Assembly (NCBI GenBank): GCA_003170295.1
Contig: PNAJ01000148.1
Span: 3,946-67,945, forward strand
Direction of reading: 5' to 3'
From: Bryobacterales bacterium
GTDB taxonomy: Bacteria; Acidobacteriota; Terriglobia; Bryobacterales; Bryobacteraceae
Length of the DNA stretch: 64,000 nucleotides
Positions within the stretch are counted from its first letter, which is position 1, and every line of letters starts with the position of its first letter. Below, piece by piece: positions 20,150 to 29,290 of the stretch. Under the pieces are notes generated by a model. That model was not told the DNA's origin and made no database searches. It was given only the letters and a program-made list of their open reading frames with translations. Both the position numbers and the translations under genes were made by a program.

Positions 20150-20638
20150 TTAAATCCTGACGAACTGTTTTTGCGTCAGAGGCTCGCTGCGGTCGATCAG
20201 CAGATTGCCATCGTCGTTCACCCACGTCTTCAACCACGGTAGAGGTCGCGGAGCCGGCCCCTCGAACTTGATTCCATCCGCATGGAATTTGCTGCCGTGG
20301 CACGGACACGCGATAATGCCGAGGTCGGGTTTCCACGCCGTGAGACATCCCAGGTGCGTACACACCGCCGAGAGCGCATAAATGCCTTCGGCCCGATGCA
20401 CGATATAGAGGCCACTCGCCACATCGGGTGTTACCGAATCCAGAGGATAGCGATCGGGCTTCCCCGCATCGACAATCGGAGACGGTTCATACAACGCGTT
20501 CGGCGAGAGGAACGAGTAGCCGAATACGGCCGACCCGGCCCCCGCGATCGCTACCGCTCCGAGGCCGACGGCCGTGAACCTGCGGCGGCTGCATTCTTCG
20601 CAAGCGCCGCTGCAAGCCTTTTTTGCTTCCCCTGGCAT
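20150..20638 (-). CDS. Rieske [2Fe-2S] protein with Tat signal
   Basis: CTHLGC ... CPCHGSKF boxes. [11 protein letters not shown] twin-arginine motif. An unusual Cys-rich tail, CSGACEEC, precedes the RR motif. Confidence 0.9.
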   Translation of the reverse strand: MPGEAKKACSGACEECSRRRFTAVGLGAVAIAGAGSAVFGYSFLSPNALYEPSPIVDAGKPDRYPLDSVTPDVASGLYIVHRAEGIYALSAVCTHLGCLTAWKPDLGIIACPCHGSKFHADGIKFEGPAPRPLPWLKTWVNDDGNLLIDRSEPLTQKQFVRI

Positions 20639-20648
20639 CTCATTCTCC

Positions 20649-22568
20649 TCATTCCGAAAAAACCGGCGCTTGAAGCTTCATCGAATACGCTTCCATCGTG
20701 ATCGTGTTCACCGGGCATCGCTCCGCGCACAGCCCGCACCGGATGCACCGCGTTTCATCCTTCAACATGGCCGCGCCGGTCACGATCCCGAGTTCCTCCG
20801 CGGCCACGCCGTCCAACTCCACGCGGAAAATTCCGCTGTCACCGCCAATCTGTTCGAGCACGCCGGGCGGGAACTCAATCCGGTCGAGCGAGACCAGCTG
20901 GATGCAGTTCTCCGGGCACACATCCACGCAGCCTCCGCACAGGATGCATTGCGATCCGTCCGCTTCGTTGCCCTCGAACACCGTGTTTATCCAGCAACGC
21001 AGGCAGCGACGCGCCTCGCGGCGGGCCGTCTCCTCGTCGTAGACCAACTCGACTTCGGTCACCCCAGTGCGCCGGTCCAGAGGAAGCGTCGGAATCGTCT
21101 GCCGCCCGATCTCCATGTAGTCCGGATACATTTTGTGATGCTCCAGAATCTCGACTTCGATCTCCGGCTCATCATGTTTCCGCCCCGTCAGGCGCTCGTC
21201 GATTCCGTTCGCGATCCGCTTGCCGTCGCCCACGCTGTCGATGATCAGCCGCGGCCCGAAAACGCAATCCCCTCCCGCGAAAACGCCCGCCGCGCTGGTC
21301 ATCAATGTCCGGCGGTCGGCGACGATCAAACCACGGGGCGAAATGTCGACGCCGTCCTCCGGCTTCAAAAAATCGAGCCTCGGAGCTTGACCGATCGCCA
21401 GAATCACTGTGTCGCATTCAATCGTCGTCTCGCTGCCCTCTTGAAACGTAGGATTGAATTTCCCTTGGGCGTCGAACACGGCCTTCGTCCGGATCGTTTC
21501 GAGGCCCACCACCTTGCCGTCGCGGCCCAGTACCCGCACGGGACCTTGCCCGTCGTGCATCCGCACGCCCTCGATCTCCGCCTCTTCGATTTCTTCAGAC
21601 GCCGCCGGCATCTCCTCGCGCCTCTCGATGCACACGATGTTCACCTCGCGCGCGCCCAAACGCAGCGCGGAGAGCGACACGTCCACCATCTCGCGCGTGG
21701 CCACCGCCGCGATATTTTCTTCGCTCGGCGTCGCGCCCTCGTCTTCCCCGCCGTGCTGCTTCAGTACTTCGCGAACCGCGCTCCGAGCCACGTCCATCGC
21801 GACGTTTCCTCCGCCGATCACCACCACCCTTTCGCCGATGCTGAACCGGTATCCCAGGTTCGCGTTGAGTAAAAATTCAATTCCTTTATGAACTCCGTCC
21901 AAATCGACTCCAGGAATCGAGAGGTCGCGGCTGCGATGCGCTCCCACCGCGAGCACCACGGCATCGAAGCCTTGCGCGCGCAGTCCGGAGACCGTAAAAT
22001 CGCGGCCCGCGGCCGTATTCAGCTTCAGGGTGACATCCCCGGCCTCCAGGATTTCGCGAATCTGCGCCTCCACCACCGCGCGCGGAAGCCGGTACTCGGG
22101 AATGCCCAAATGGAGCATCCCGCCCGCGACCTGCGCCGCCTCGAAGATCGTGATCGAGTAACCCATCAGCGCCAGGTCGTACGCCGCCGACAATCCCACT
22201 GGCCCGCTCCCGATAATCGCGACCTTGTAAGGAAGCTTTTCGACGCTACAGCGCTTCGGCTCGAGAGGGTTCCGCGACTCCGGCCCGTACCGCTCCGTGA
22301 GAAAACGTTTCAACGCCCGGATCGAGATCGGTTTGTCGATGGCGCCGCGGCGGCAAGCGGTCTCGCATGGGTGCGCGCACACCCGCCCGCACACGCTCGC
22401 CATCGGGTTCGGATCGCGCGCGACCCGGTACGCCTCCTCGAATCGCCCATCCGCGATCAGCGAAACGTACTTCCCGGCATTGGTGCCAGCCGGGCATGCC
22501 ATCATGCAAGGGAAGTTCGTGTTGAGCCATTCGCGGTCGACGCGCTTGTCTTTCAGGCGTTCGAGCAT
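20649..22568 (-). CDS. GltD-like NAD(P)H-dependent oxidoreductase fused to a 2x[4Fe-4S] ferredoxin domain
   Basis: N-terminal CMMACPAG...CGRVCAHPCETAC (Fer4_20-like). Two Rossmann motifs, IIGSGPVGLSAA and VIGGGNVAMD. C-terminal CILCGGCVDVCP and CIRCGLCAERCP. No signal peptide. Confidence 0.9.
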   Translation of the reverse strand: MLERLKDKRVDREWLNTNFPCMMACPAGTNAGKYVSLIADGRFEEAYRVARDPNPMASVCGRVCAHPCETACRRGAIDKPISIRALKRFLTERYGPESRNPLEPKRCSVEKLPYKVAIIGSGPVGLSAAYDLALMGYSITIFEAAQVAGGMLHLGIPEYRLPRAVVEAQIREILEAGDVTLKLNTAAGRDFTVSGLRAQGFDAVVLAVGAHRSRDLSIPGVDLDGVHKGIEFLLNANLGYRFSIGERVVVIGGGNVAMDVARSAVREVLKQHGGEDEGATPSEENIAAVATREMVDVSLSALRLGAREVNIVCIERREEMPAASEEIEEAEIEGVRMHDGQGPVRVLGRDGKVVGLETIRTKAVFDAQGKFNPTFQEGSETTIECDTVILAIGQAPRLDFLKPEDGVDISPRGLIVADRRTLMTSAAGVFAGGDCVFGPRLIIDSVGDGKRIANGIDERLTGRKHDEPEIEVEILEHHKMYPDYMEIGRQTIPTLPLDRRTGVTEVELVYDEETARREARRCLRCWINTVFEGNEADGSQCILCGGCVDVCPENCIQLVSLDRIEFPPGVLEQIGGDSGIFRVELDGVAAEELGIVTGAAMLKDETRCIRCGLCAERCPVNTITMEAYSMKLQAPVFSE

Positions 22569-22573
22569 GGCCT

Positions 22574-23140
22574 CTATTTCGCCAGACTGAACGCCACCGT
22601 CGCGCTACCGGCAAGGGTCACCGGTTTAGTTTGGATTTTCATCCCTTCGTGCCATGCCGATACTGAATAGCTTCCATCCGGCACGTTCTCGATTTTGAAA
22701 TTTCCAGACGCATCTGCGATGGCGTAATACGGAGTCGGCGACACGATTATGTATCCCGACATTTCCGGATGTACGTTGCACAGCAGAGGCACCGCGCCCA
22801 CCGTGTCGAATTTGAAGGAGCGCTCTTCTCCGGTCGGCCAGGTGCCCATGTTGTGGCTCAACTTTTTGTTGCCGCTGATCGACGGCCAGAAGATGTTGTG
22901 TTGCACTTTGTCGCTGTTCAAAAATTGCACCGTCGAGCCGAGCTGCACCGCCAGTACGTGCGGCTGAAACAAGAGCGACTTCTGATCCATAACGACCGGC
23001 TTCGCCGCCGCCGGAAATGTCTTTCCCGCAATCGCCTCTACATACACCACCGAGCCCGCCTTGCCGGGGCTCACAGTTCCCGAAATGACGCCTGCTCTGG
23101 TCAGAATCGCTACTGCAAACAGCGGAATGATTTTTTTCAT
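22574..23140 (-). CDS. Secreted type-1 copper (cupredoxin) protein with C-terminal CarboxypepD_reg-like domain
   Basis: Signal peptide. Ligand pattern H (VQHNIF) ... C-x2-H-x2-M (LLCNVHPEM). The tail GNFKIENVPDGSYSVSAW follows. Confidence 0.75.
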   Translation of the reverse strand: MKKIIPLFAVAILTRAGVISGTVSPGKAGSVVYVEAIAGKTFPAAAKPVVMDQKSLLFQPHVLAVQLGSTVQFLNSDKVQHNIFWPSISGNKKLSHNMGTWPTGEERSFKFDTVGAVPLLCNVHPEMSGYIIVSPTPYYAIADASGNFKIENVPDGSYSVSAWHEGMKIQTKPVTLAGSATVAFSLAK

Positions 23141-23148
23141 AGGTCCTT

Positions 23149-24759
23149 TCAGTACACAAATTCGAGCGCGAACAACACCGTGTTCACGCGAAACGGGTTC
23201 GCTGCTAACGGGTTTCCGTTGGGAAGGCTCGCCAGAGTCACAAACTGCCGCGGCCGGATCTGGTATTCCATGGAAACCTTGATGTTCGGGTGAATCAGGA
23301 ACTGCACGCCGGGAGTAAATCGGTTCCGGCTTGAATTGTAGGGCGCGAAATAGGACGTGTTCGTCGCAAAATCCAGACCGTTAATACGATCCGCGGTCGA
23401 GTTCACCTGATCCCAGCGCATGATCGCCATCAGCCAAGGCTTCATCAGATAATCGGCCTGCATAAAGCCTCCATTAAAGGTGGCCGGAACGCCGCGCGAA
23501 AACCCCGCAGTGGTCGTGGTGGTCGGATCGATAGGCAAAGGGATCGGCGCGCCCGTCGCATCCACCGGCAGCATGTTCGAATCGTGCCCCACCATATATA
23601 GCCCGTAGAGATTGAACGTCCTGTAGTTGAAGCTGAAATCTCCGCCTGCGCGGTAATACGGCTCCCGGTTGTTGAAGAACGTGTTAGCCGTCGCGGGAAC
23701 CGTTTCGAGCGAGTTCCCGTGCAAATAGAAGGTCCCGAGGTTCAAATAGGTGTGATCGTGAGGACCCGTCGCACCGGCCGCTTGGATGTCTTTCCGAATC
23801 TTGGGATCGCTCTCCAGATTGAAGCGGTAAGACGCACGCGCATAGACGTTCTTGATGCCTGAATCGGAGCTGAACCCCACTCCGCCGCCCGCACTTGCCG
23901 TCGCCGATGGAACAAACGGAAACTGATTCGATCCCTGAGAGACTCCAGTAGTGTTTTGATCGAAAATCGCTACCGAATAGTGGTATCCGCTGTAGGTATG
24001 ACCGCCACTCAACTCAAAGCCTCGCGCCGCGTTGGCCAAAGCAGACTGATTCGCCACGTTTTGCTGCCTTGCTCCGATGTTGGCTTGCTGATAAATGTCG
24101 TAGGGACTGAGGTTTATCCCTCGCGCCTGCGTGAACGGCAGGTCCAGCTCGAACTGCCCCGCGCGGAGAGAAAGCAGGTCGTTCGGCAACTTCAGCAGGC
24201 GTCCGACGTTGACGAATTTCAGGTAGGCGTCTCCCAATCCACCGTTACTGTTGTTGCCGGAGACGCTGAGATCGTCGTCCACCCAGAATGCGATGTCGCT
24301 TCCGAAATTTCCAGCTGTAAAAATGCTGAAAAGTCCGGCTTGAAAATCCGTTGCTGGTATCACTCCCGGGACTGTGCCTGGAGCCGTTAAGGTGTCGAAC
24401 CGGTTCCGGTTCGACGTCACTTGAAAGAACTGGTTGTAGCGCAGTCCTATGGGAGGCATACCCGGCATGGTCCCCGGCCACACCGAATTGGGAAACGATT
24501 CTTTGTTCGCCGGAGCCCCCAGCATCACCGGCGCTTCCTTAAGGAAGGTATCGTCGTCGGTTGGAAACTTGAAACCCGCGTCTTTAAAGGCTTTACCGAA
24601 ATCGTTCAGCTTCGGAAAATCCATGTGGCATGTCTGGCAGGACGTCTGATACTTCCGCGCAAACGGCGGAATTGCGTAACTCTTCGACGAAGAGAGTAAT
24701 ACGAGCATCGCGGCCGCTGCCGCCACACTCGGAACAAACGTTCGGACAAACCTGAACAC
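23149..24759 (-). CDS. Outer-membrane beta-barrel protein with N-terminal monohaem c motif (Cyc2-like fused cytochrome-porin candidate)
   Basis: Signal peptide ending SYA. Mature N-terminus IPPFARKYQTSCQTCH. About 480 aa of alternating beta-strand-like sequence rich in G/Y/N/F. C-terminal ALEFVY has a terminal aromatic. GGAGG lies 5 nt before the GTG at 24759. Confidence 0.7.
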   Translation of the reverse strand: MFRFVRTFVPSVAAAAAMLVLLSSSKSYAIPPFARKYQTSCQTCHMDFPKLNDFGKAFKDAGFKFPTDDDTFLKEAPVMLGAPANKESFPNSVWPGTMPGMPPIGLRYNQFFQVTSNRNRFDTLTAPGTVPGVIPATDFQAGLFSIFTAGNFGSDIAFWVDDDLSVSGNNSNGGLGDAYLKFVNVGRLLKLPNDLLSLRAGQFELDLPFTQARGINLSPYDIYQQANIGARQQNVANQSALANAARGFELSGGHTYSGYHYSVAIFDQNTTGVSQGSNQFPFVPSATASAGGGVGFSSDSGIKNVYARASYRFNLESDPKIRKDIQAAGATGPHDHTYLNLGTFYLHGNSLETVPATANTFFNNREPYYRAGGDFSFNYRTFNLYGLYMVGHDSNMLPVDATGAPIPLPIDPTTTTTAGFSRGVPATFNGGFMQADYLMKPWLMAIMRWDQVNSTADRINGLDFATNTSYFAPYNSSRNRFTPGVQFLIHPNIKVSMEYQIRPRQFVTLASLPNGNPLAANPFRVNTVLFALEFVY

Positions 24760-25020
24760 AGTCACCTCCACTTAGCTTTGGGGACTGCATCGCACTTGGA
24801 TGGCCTTTGCACAAATGCCCCTGTTTTTAAGGTTGGCGCAGGGAGACGCCCGCGCGATATCGCACAGCGTGCGTCAGATGACGCCATATAATGACCAAAT
24901 AATGCCGAAAAAGTGGCTTGATGGAGCCTTAAATGACCATATCTCGGCCACGTGCTGGTCCTGCCGCGATTGAGCCAACCTGCGGGCCTGGACTCGACCT
25001 CGACAATCACCTTCTGTACT

Positions 25021-25061
25021 GCTGGACGTCGCCGGTTCAAACTCGGTTTCCCGCTCCATCT
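25021..25061 (+). other. Partial tRNA-Gly 3' half (attR-like direct repeat)
   Basis: GCTGGACGTCGCCGGTTCaAaCtCGGTtTCCCGCTCCATCT compared with tRNA positions 14159-14199. No matching 5' half lies upstream. Confidence 0.7.
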
Positions 25062-25084
25062 AAAAGACTTACCTATTCCAATCC

Positions 25085-25645
25085 TTACTTTTTGATCGTG
25101 ACGCGCACGGCTGCAGGCCGGATATCGATGCGGTCGATGTTGTATCCCATCTCAAACTTCTCGCCAATCTTCGCCGATGGATAAAGAGGCAGGAAGAACG
25201 TCTTAATCAGAAAATCGAGCACCGTTCCCGTGGCTACCACTCCTGAGACTTCGACACGGGTCAGGTCCACGACGCATTGGCCGCCGCCAGATTTCACCCG
25301 AATCGAAATGGTAACCGGCCGCTCACCCTCAATCATCCGAGCCATCACCCAGTTGGTCGCTTTGCCCTGGGCGTGGCGCATTTTCAAAAAATCCATCAGC
25401 GCGTAGGCGGTACCAATATCGTTGCCGAGCGTCACACGCTGGTTGCGGATTCCCTGCGGGACGATGCCGGGGACCATATAATAGGCCCATGAATTGATCT
25501 CCTGCAAGGTAAAGACGATGACGGAGCCGGGCTTCGGGTGGCCGTTTTCAATGGTGTCGAGTTTGGCCAATGCGCTGCGAACGTACGCGTCGCCCGCAGG
25601 AAGCGCCGGCGCACACAGGAGAGCCAACGTCAGCAGCCGGTGCAT
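25085..25645 (-). CDS. Secreted hypothetical protein
   Basis: Signal peptide MHRLLTLALLCAPALPAG. Coding-like composition. Confidence 0.6.
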   Translation of the reverse strand: MHRLLTLALLCAPALPAGDAYVRSALAKLDTIENGHPKPGSVIVFTLQEINSWAYYMVPGIVPQGIRNQRVTLGNDIGTAYALMDFLKMRHAQGKATNWVMARMIEGERPVTISIRVKSGGGQCVVDLTRVEVSGVVATGTVLDFLIKTFFLPLYPSAKIGEKFEMGYNIDRIDIRPAAVRVTIKK

Positions 25646-25654
25646 GTTACCAGT

Positions 25655-27205
25655 CTAGTGCTTATAGCTCGCGTTGATCCACTCGTCGACATCCTTGTGC
25701 AGTTTGTCGTTGGCCTTTTTGTCGATGTACATCATGTGGCCGCCTTCGTAATAGGTGAAGCTCACATTTTTGCGAACCGCCGGTTCCAGGCCCATGTGCG
25801 CTACGGTCTGCTCGATCCCGTTGAAGGGGGTCGCGTGATCGTAATAACCGCAGATCACCAGCAGTTTCAGGTGCGTCTGCTGCGTCATGGCGGAGCGGAG
25901 CGCTTCCGCCGGGCCGCCGGGTTGGCCCTGATCCCAGGGCTGCACGCGAGCCGTTACGGTGTAATACATATCGGTCGACCATTTGAGGTCGCGGCGCACG
26001 TAATCCTGGAACGTTGCGACGTACGCGCCCTCATAGGAAGCTTCGCTCGAATCGTATTCGACGCGCTCGCCCGCGGCATCGAAATCAAAGCCAGTGAAGC
26101 GCGCGTCGAGGCGGCCGACGGTTTCGCGTTTGTCGCGCAGCAACTCCTTGAACCAGCGCTGCGGGCTGACCCGAAGATTCGTCTCCTCTATGTACTTCGG
26201 CGCGAGGCCGGTGAAACGGGCCAGTTCCTTCACGATTTGCGCTTTCTCCGCCGCGGAGATTTGATCGCCTTTTTCGAGCGCCGCCGCATACGGACCGTGG
26301 GAGAAATCGCGGGCCTTCAGCGCCACTTGTTCAATGGTCAATTTCTGCAGGTCCGGAGGGAGCAACTTATGAAACCAGCCGGAACAGACAATCGTCGGAA
26401 GCCAAAACTTGGTGCGATCGTCCGCGCCCCAGTTCCCGAATCCGACCGAAGATAGCAGAGCGACGCCGTTCAAATACATTTGATGGCGCTGTTCGAGCAC
26501 GTTCGATAGTTGCGCCGAGCGCGTGGTGCCATAGCTTTCGCCGATCAGAAATTTCGGCGAGAGCCAGCGCTCATTGCGGGTGACATATTGATAGATGAAA
26601 TCGGAGAACCACGTGGCGTCCTGCACCACACCATAAAACTGCGAGGCATTTTCACCGGGAACGGGACGGCTGTAGCCAGTGGAGACGGCATCGATAAACA
26701 CCATGTCAGTCGCGTCGAGGAACGAATCCTCGTTATCGGCGATTTCGTACGGAGCCGGTCCCAGGCCGTGCCCATCGGGCGCAAGTACGACATGCTTCGG
26801 TCCCAGGCCCATGTGCGTGAAAGACGACGCCGAGCCGGGGCCTCCGTTATAGACGAACGACAGAGGACGCTTGGCGGCATCGGCGACGTCTTCCTTCGTG
26901 TAAGCGACGTAGAAGAACGACGCCTTGGGCGCGCCCGCATCGTCCTTGATGACGTAGTTGCCGGCGGTGGCGGTGTAACCGATCTGCTGGCCGCCGATAA
27001 TAGCCTTGTGATGCGTGATCGAAGTTTTTTCTTCAGGCGGCGGCAATCGCGGGGTCTGCTGGGTGGTGGCGGGCGCGGGGGTCGCAGCGGCCTGCGGAGT
27101 CTGGGCGTTGGCTCCGCCTCGTCCACCTCCACGACCTTGCGCGGTTGCCTCACACGCGGCGATGAGCAGACCAGCGCCGAGCGCGGCGATTCGATTCGTT
27201 GTCAT
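25655..27205 (-). CDS. Secreted S10-family serine carboxypeptidase-like protein
   Basis: YNGGPGSASS and IGESYG nucleophile-elbow motifs. Signal peptide and a Gly/Arg-rich linker. Confidence 0.8.
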   Translation of the reverse strand: MTTNRIAALGAGLLIAACEATAQGRGGGRGGANAQTPQAAATPAPATTQQTPRLPPPEEKTSITHHKAIIGGQQIGYTATAGNYVIKDDAGAPKASFFYVAYTKEDVADAAKRPLSFVYNGGPGSASSFTHMGLGPKHVVLAPDGHGLGPAPYEIADNEDSFLDATDMVFIDAVSTGYSRPVPGENASQFYGVVQDATWFSDFIYQYVTRNERWLSPKFLIGESYGTTRSAQLSNVLEQRHQMYLNGVALLSSVGFGNWGADDRTKFWLPTIVCSGWFHKLLPPDLQKLTIEQVALKARDFSHGPYAAALEKGDQISAAEKAQIVKELARFTGLAPKYIEETNLRVSPQRWFKELLRDKRETVGRLDARFTGFDFDAAGERVEYDSSEASYEGAYVATFQDYVRRDLKWSTDMYYTVTARVQPWDQGQPGGPAEALRSAMTQQTHLKLLVICGYYDHATPFNGIEQTVAHMGLEPAVRKNVSFTYYEGGHMMYIDKKANDKLHKDVDEWINASYKH

Positions 27206-27236
27206 TCAACAAGAGACGATAAAAAGATCGGCGTCG

Positions 27237-28448
27237 TTACGGCTCGGGCTTTAATTCCAGCTTCGCTTCCGACCGCTTTTCGATGTCTGCAAGCAGCTTC
27301 GCCGTCGTATCCCGATCGGTGACGGCGTCCGACTTCAAGTAGATCTTCAGATTCTCCACCGCACCCTTGAAATCCTGTTTCTTCGCGAGAATCACGCCCA
27401 GGATGTAATACACTTTCGGATTCTCCGCGGCGCTCACAGCGACGGCCTCTCGGGCGCTTTTCTCGGCGAGATCGAGTCTCCAGAGTTGCGAATTCGCCAC
27501 CGCGTTGTAGTACAGAGACCCGGGAAAATCGTAGGAATTCAGGCGGATGACACGGGCCGTGATTTGCGCGACGTCTTCCCACTTCTTTTCGCGGAACGAC
27601 AGCAGGTACATCCGTTCATATGGGTTGACGAATTTTGAATCGGCGGCAATGGACCTCGTATAGGCTTCGCGAGCCTCGATATTCTGACCGTGCTGTTCGT
27701 AAATACGCCCCAGCTCCAACCATGCAGCGGCATAGCGCGGGTAAATGTCCGTGGCTTTCAGAAAATCGCTCTGCGCCTCGTCGAGCTTCGATTTTTTCAC
27801 CGCTTCTAAACCTTTATCGAAAGCCTTATGTGCATCTTTGGGCGCCAGAGCCGATGTCGCGCTGGTGGTTAAGCCTTCCACCTTCGCGTAGGGATGCAGG
27901 AAGATCGTCCCGATATTCGGATCGTCCAGGTTGCGGCGGCCGGCGAGCGAAATGAGATCGGAGCGATAGCCGGCAAGCTTGGCGCGCAAATCGCAGCCAA
28001 ATAGGGTCGCGTTCGATTTCTGCGAACCCTGCGCGCCCCTGTTCGCCGAGGGCGAGTCGTCGGTTGCGTCCGAAAGCATATCCTGCGTCTGGCCAATCTG
28101 AAAGCTGAACTCGCCGTGGGCATCGGCGTAGGCCTGCGGACGCGTCGAGCCGTTGCAGACGCGCTCGATGATAACCCCGGTAGGCGGCGCCGTGCCGTCG
28201 GGCATCGCCACCCTGCCGTAGAAAAATGCGCCGCGCGTATTGAGACCGGGATTCGTCGGGGAGTTCGTTGTGCCGGACCCGGGAGTGGTCGGAAGACTTC
28301 CGGACGACGGCGCTCCGGTGGCTCCGGTGCCCGTCGTGGGACTCCCAGTGGAGCCGCCAGGGGGTTTCGGAGGACCCACCTGCGCGGGCAAAAGAATCGT
28401 GGCCACTGCAGCGCTCGCCAGGATTGTCGGAACACGCCAAATTCGCAT
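27237..28448 (-). CDS. Secreted TPR-repeat protein with low-complexity linker and CarboxypepD_reg-like domain
   Basis: The internal Met gives MRIWRVPTILASAAVATILLPAQ. A P/G/T-rich stretch is followed by TPR-like repeats (AAWLELGRIYEQHGQ.., YYILGVILAKKQDF..). Confidence 0.75.
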   Translation of the reverse strand: MRIWRVPTILASAAVATILLPAQVGPPKPPGGSTGSPTTGTGATGAPSSGSLPTTPGSGTTNSPTNPGLNTRGAFFYGRVAMPDGTAPPTGVIIERVCNGSTRPQAYADAHGEFSFQIGQTQDMLSDATDDSPSANRGAQGSQKSNATLFGCDLRAKLAGYRSDLISLAGRRNLDDPNIGTIFLHPYAKVEGLTTSATSALAPKDAHKAFDKGLEAVKKSKLDEAQSDFLKATDIYPRYAAAWLELGRIYEQHGQNIEAREAYTRSIAADSKFVNPYERMYLLSFREKKWEDVAQITARVIRLNSYDFPGSLYYNAVANSQLWRLDLAEKSAREAVAVSAAENPKVYYILGVILAKKQDFKGAVENLKIYLKSDAVTDRDTTAKLLADIEKRSEAKLELKPEP

Positions 28449-28525
28449 GATTTGAAGCCCCGTCCTTGCCTCGATTATACTCCCGCTGTTGACAGCCTGC
28501 GGCCCGGCAGCGGACAGTAGGAATA

Positions 28526-29119
28526 ATGAAGATCTGGTTCCCTTTAGCGGCAGCCGTTGTGCTGACTGCGTGCTCCGAGACGCCTGTGGCAAAGACTCCC
28601 GTAAAACCACCGGAGCCGCTGACGGGCCGGCAGGCGTTCTATCAAACATATCCGCAGGCGCGTACCTGGGCTCAGGACGCGCAGCCGGTGCGCGTGCGCA
28701 GCCTCGAACTGGATGAGCTCAAGGCGGACGGCGGGAAGGCCGCTGCGTGGGAAGTGCTATACGCGTCGCAGGCGAAGGGGCGCTCGCGCGTTTACTCCTG
28801 GTCCGCAGTGGAGGCACAAGGCAATCTGCACAAAGGCGTGTTTGCGAATCAGGAAGAATCCTGGCACGCGGGCGGATCGGACAAACCGTTCCTGATTCAG
28901 GCGTTGAAAATCGATACGCCGGAGGCGCTGGAAACCGCGATCGCGCACAGCGGAACTTATTTCAAGAACGCCGGGACCAAGCCTCATCCGAAATTTGTTC
29001 TGGAATACAGTGAGCGCTATCCCGATCCGGTATGGCGGATTTATTGGGGCGATTCGGTTTCGACCGCGGAGTGGAGCGTCTTTGTCGATGCGGCCACCGG
29101 GAATTATCAGGGGCGGTAA
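28526..29119 (+). CDS. Lipoprotein, hypothetical
   Basis: Lipobox AAAVVLTAC. Confidence 0.65.
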   Translation: MKIWFPLAAAVVLTACSETPVAKTPVKPPEPLTGRQAFYQTYPQARTWAQDAQPVRVRSLELDELKADGGKAAAWEVLYASQAKGRSRVYSWSAVEAQGNLHKGVFANQEESWHAGGSDKPFLIQALKIDTPEALETAIAHSGTYFKNAGTKPHPKFVLEYSERYPDPVWRIYWGDSVSTAEWSVFVDAATGNYQGR

Positions 29120-29159
29120 GCGGCGCGCAGCTTAACAGAGATTGTTGACAAAGGCTTAT

Positions 29160-29239
29160 TTGGCCGCTGATGAACGCGGATTCGGATAGGATTTTATTGG
29201 GTTTTCGATCGGCGTTCATCCGCGTTCATCGGCGGCCAA
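29160..29239. repeat. REP family 5 inverted doublet between convergent genes
   Basis: TTGGCCGCTGATGAACGCGGAT (29160-29181) and ATCCGCGTTCATCGGCGGCCAA (29218-29239). Confidence 0.75.
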
Positions 29240-29290
29240 CCTTGTTTTTGCCTTTTCAGCAACCTCTGCCAGCCTGCACCGCGCGATAGT

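Noticed and set aside
20574-21872. 432-aa plus-strand ORF
   Set aside because: It is antisense to the GltD-like gene, which carries unambiguous Fe-S and Rossmann motifs.
24985-25061. Possible second complete tRNA-Gly
   Set aside because: Only the 3' 41 nt match. The upstream sequence has no acceptor 5' strand, D arm or anticodon arm. It is treated as an att-like remnant.
25538-26455. 305-aa plus-strand ORF
   Set aside because: It is antisense to the S10 carboxypeptidase-like gene.
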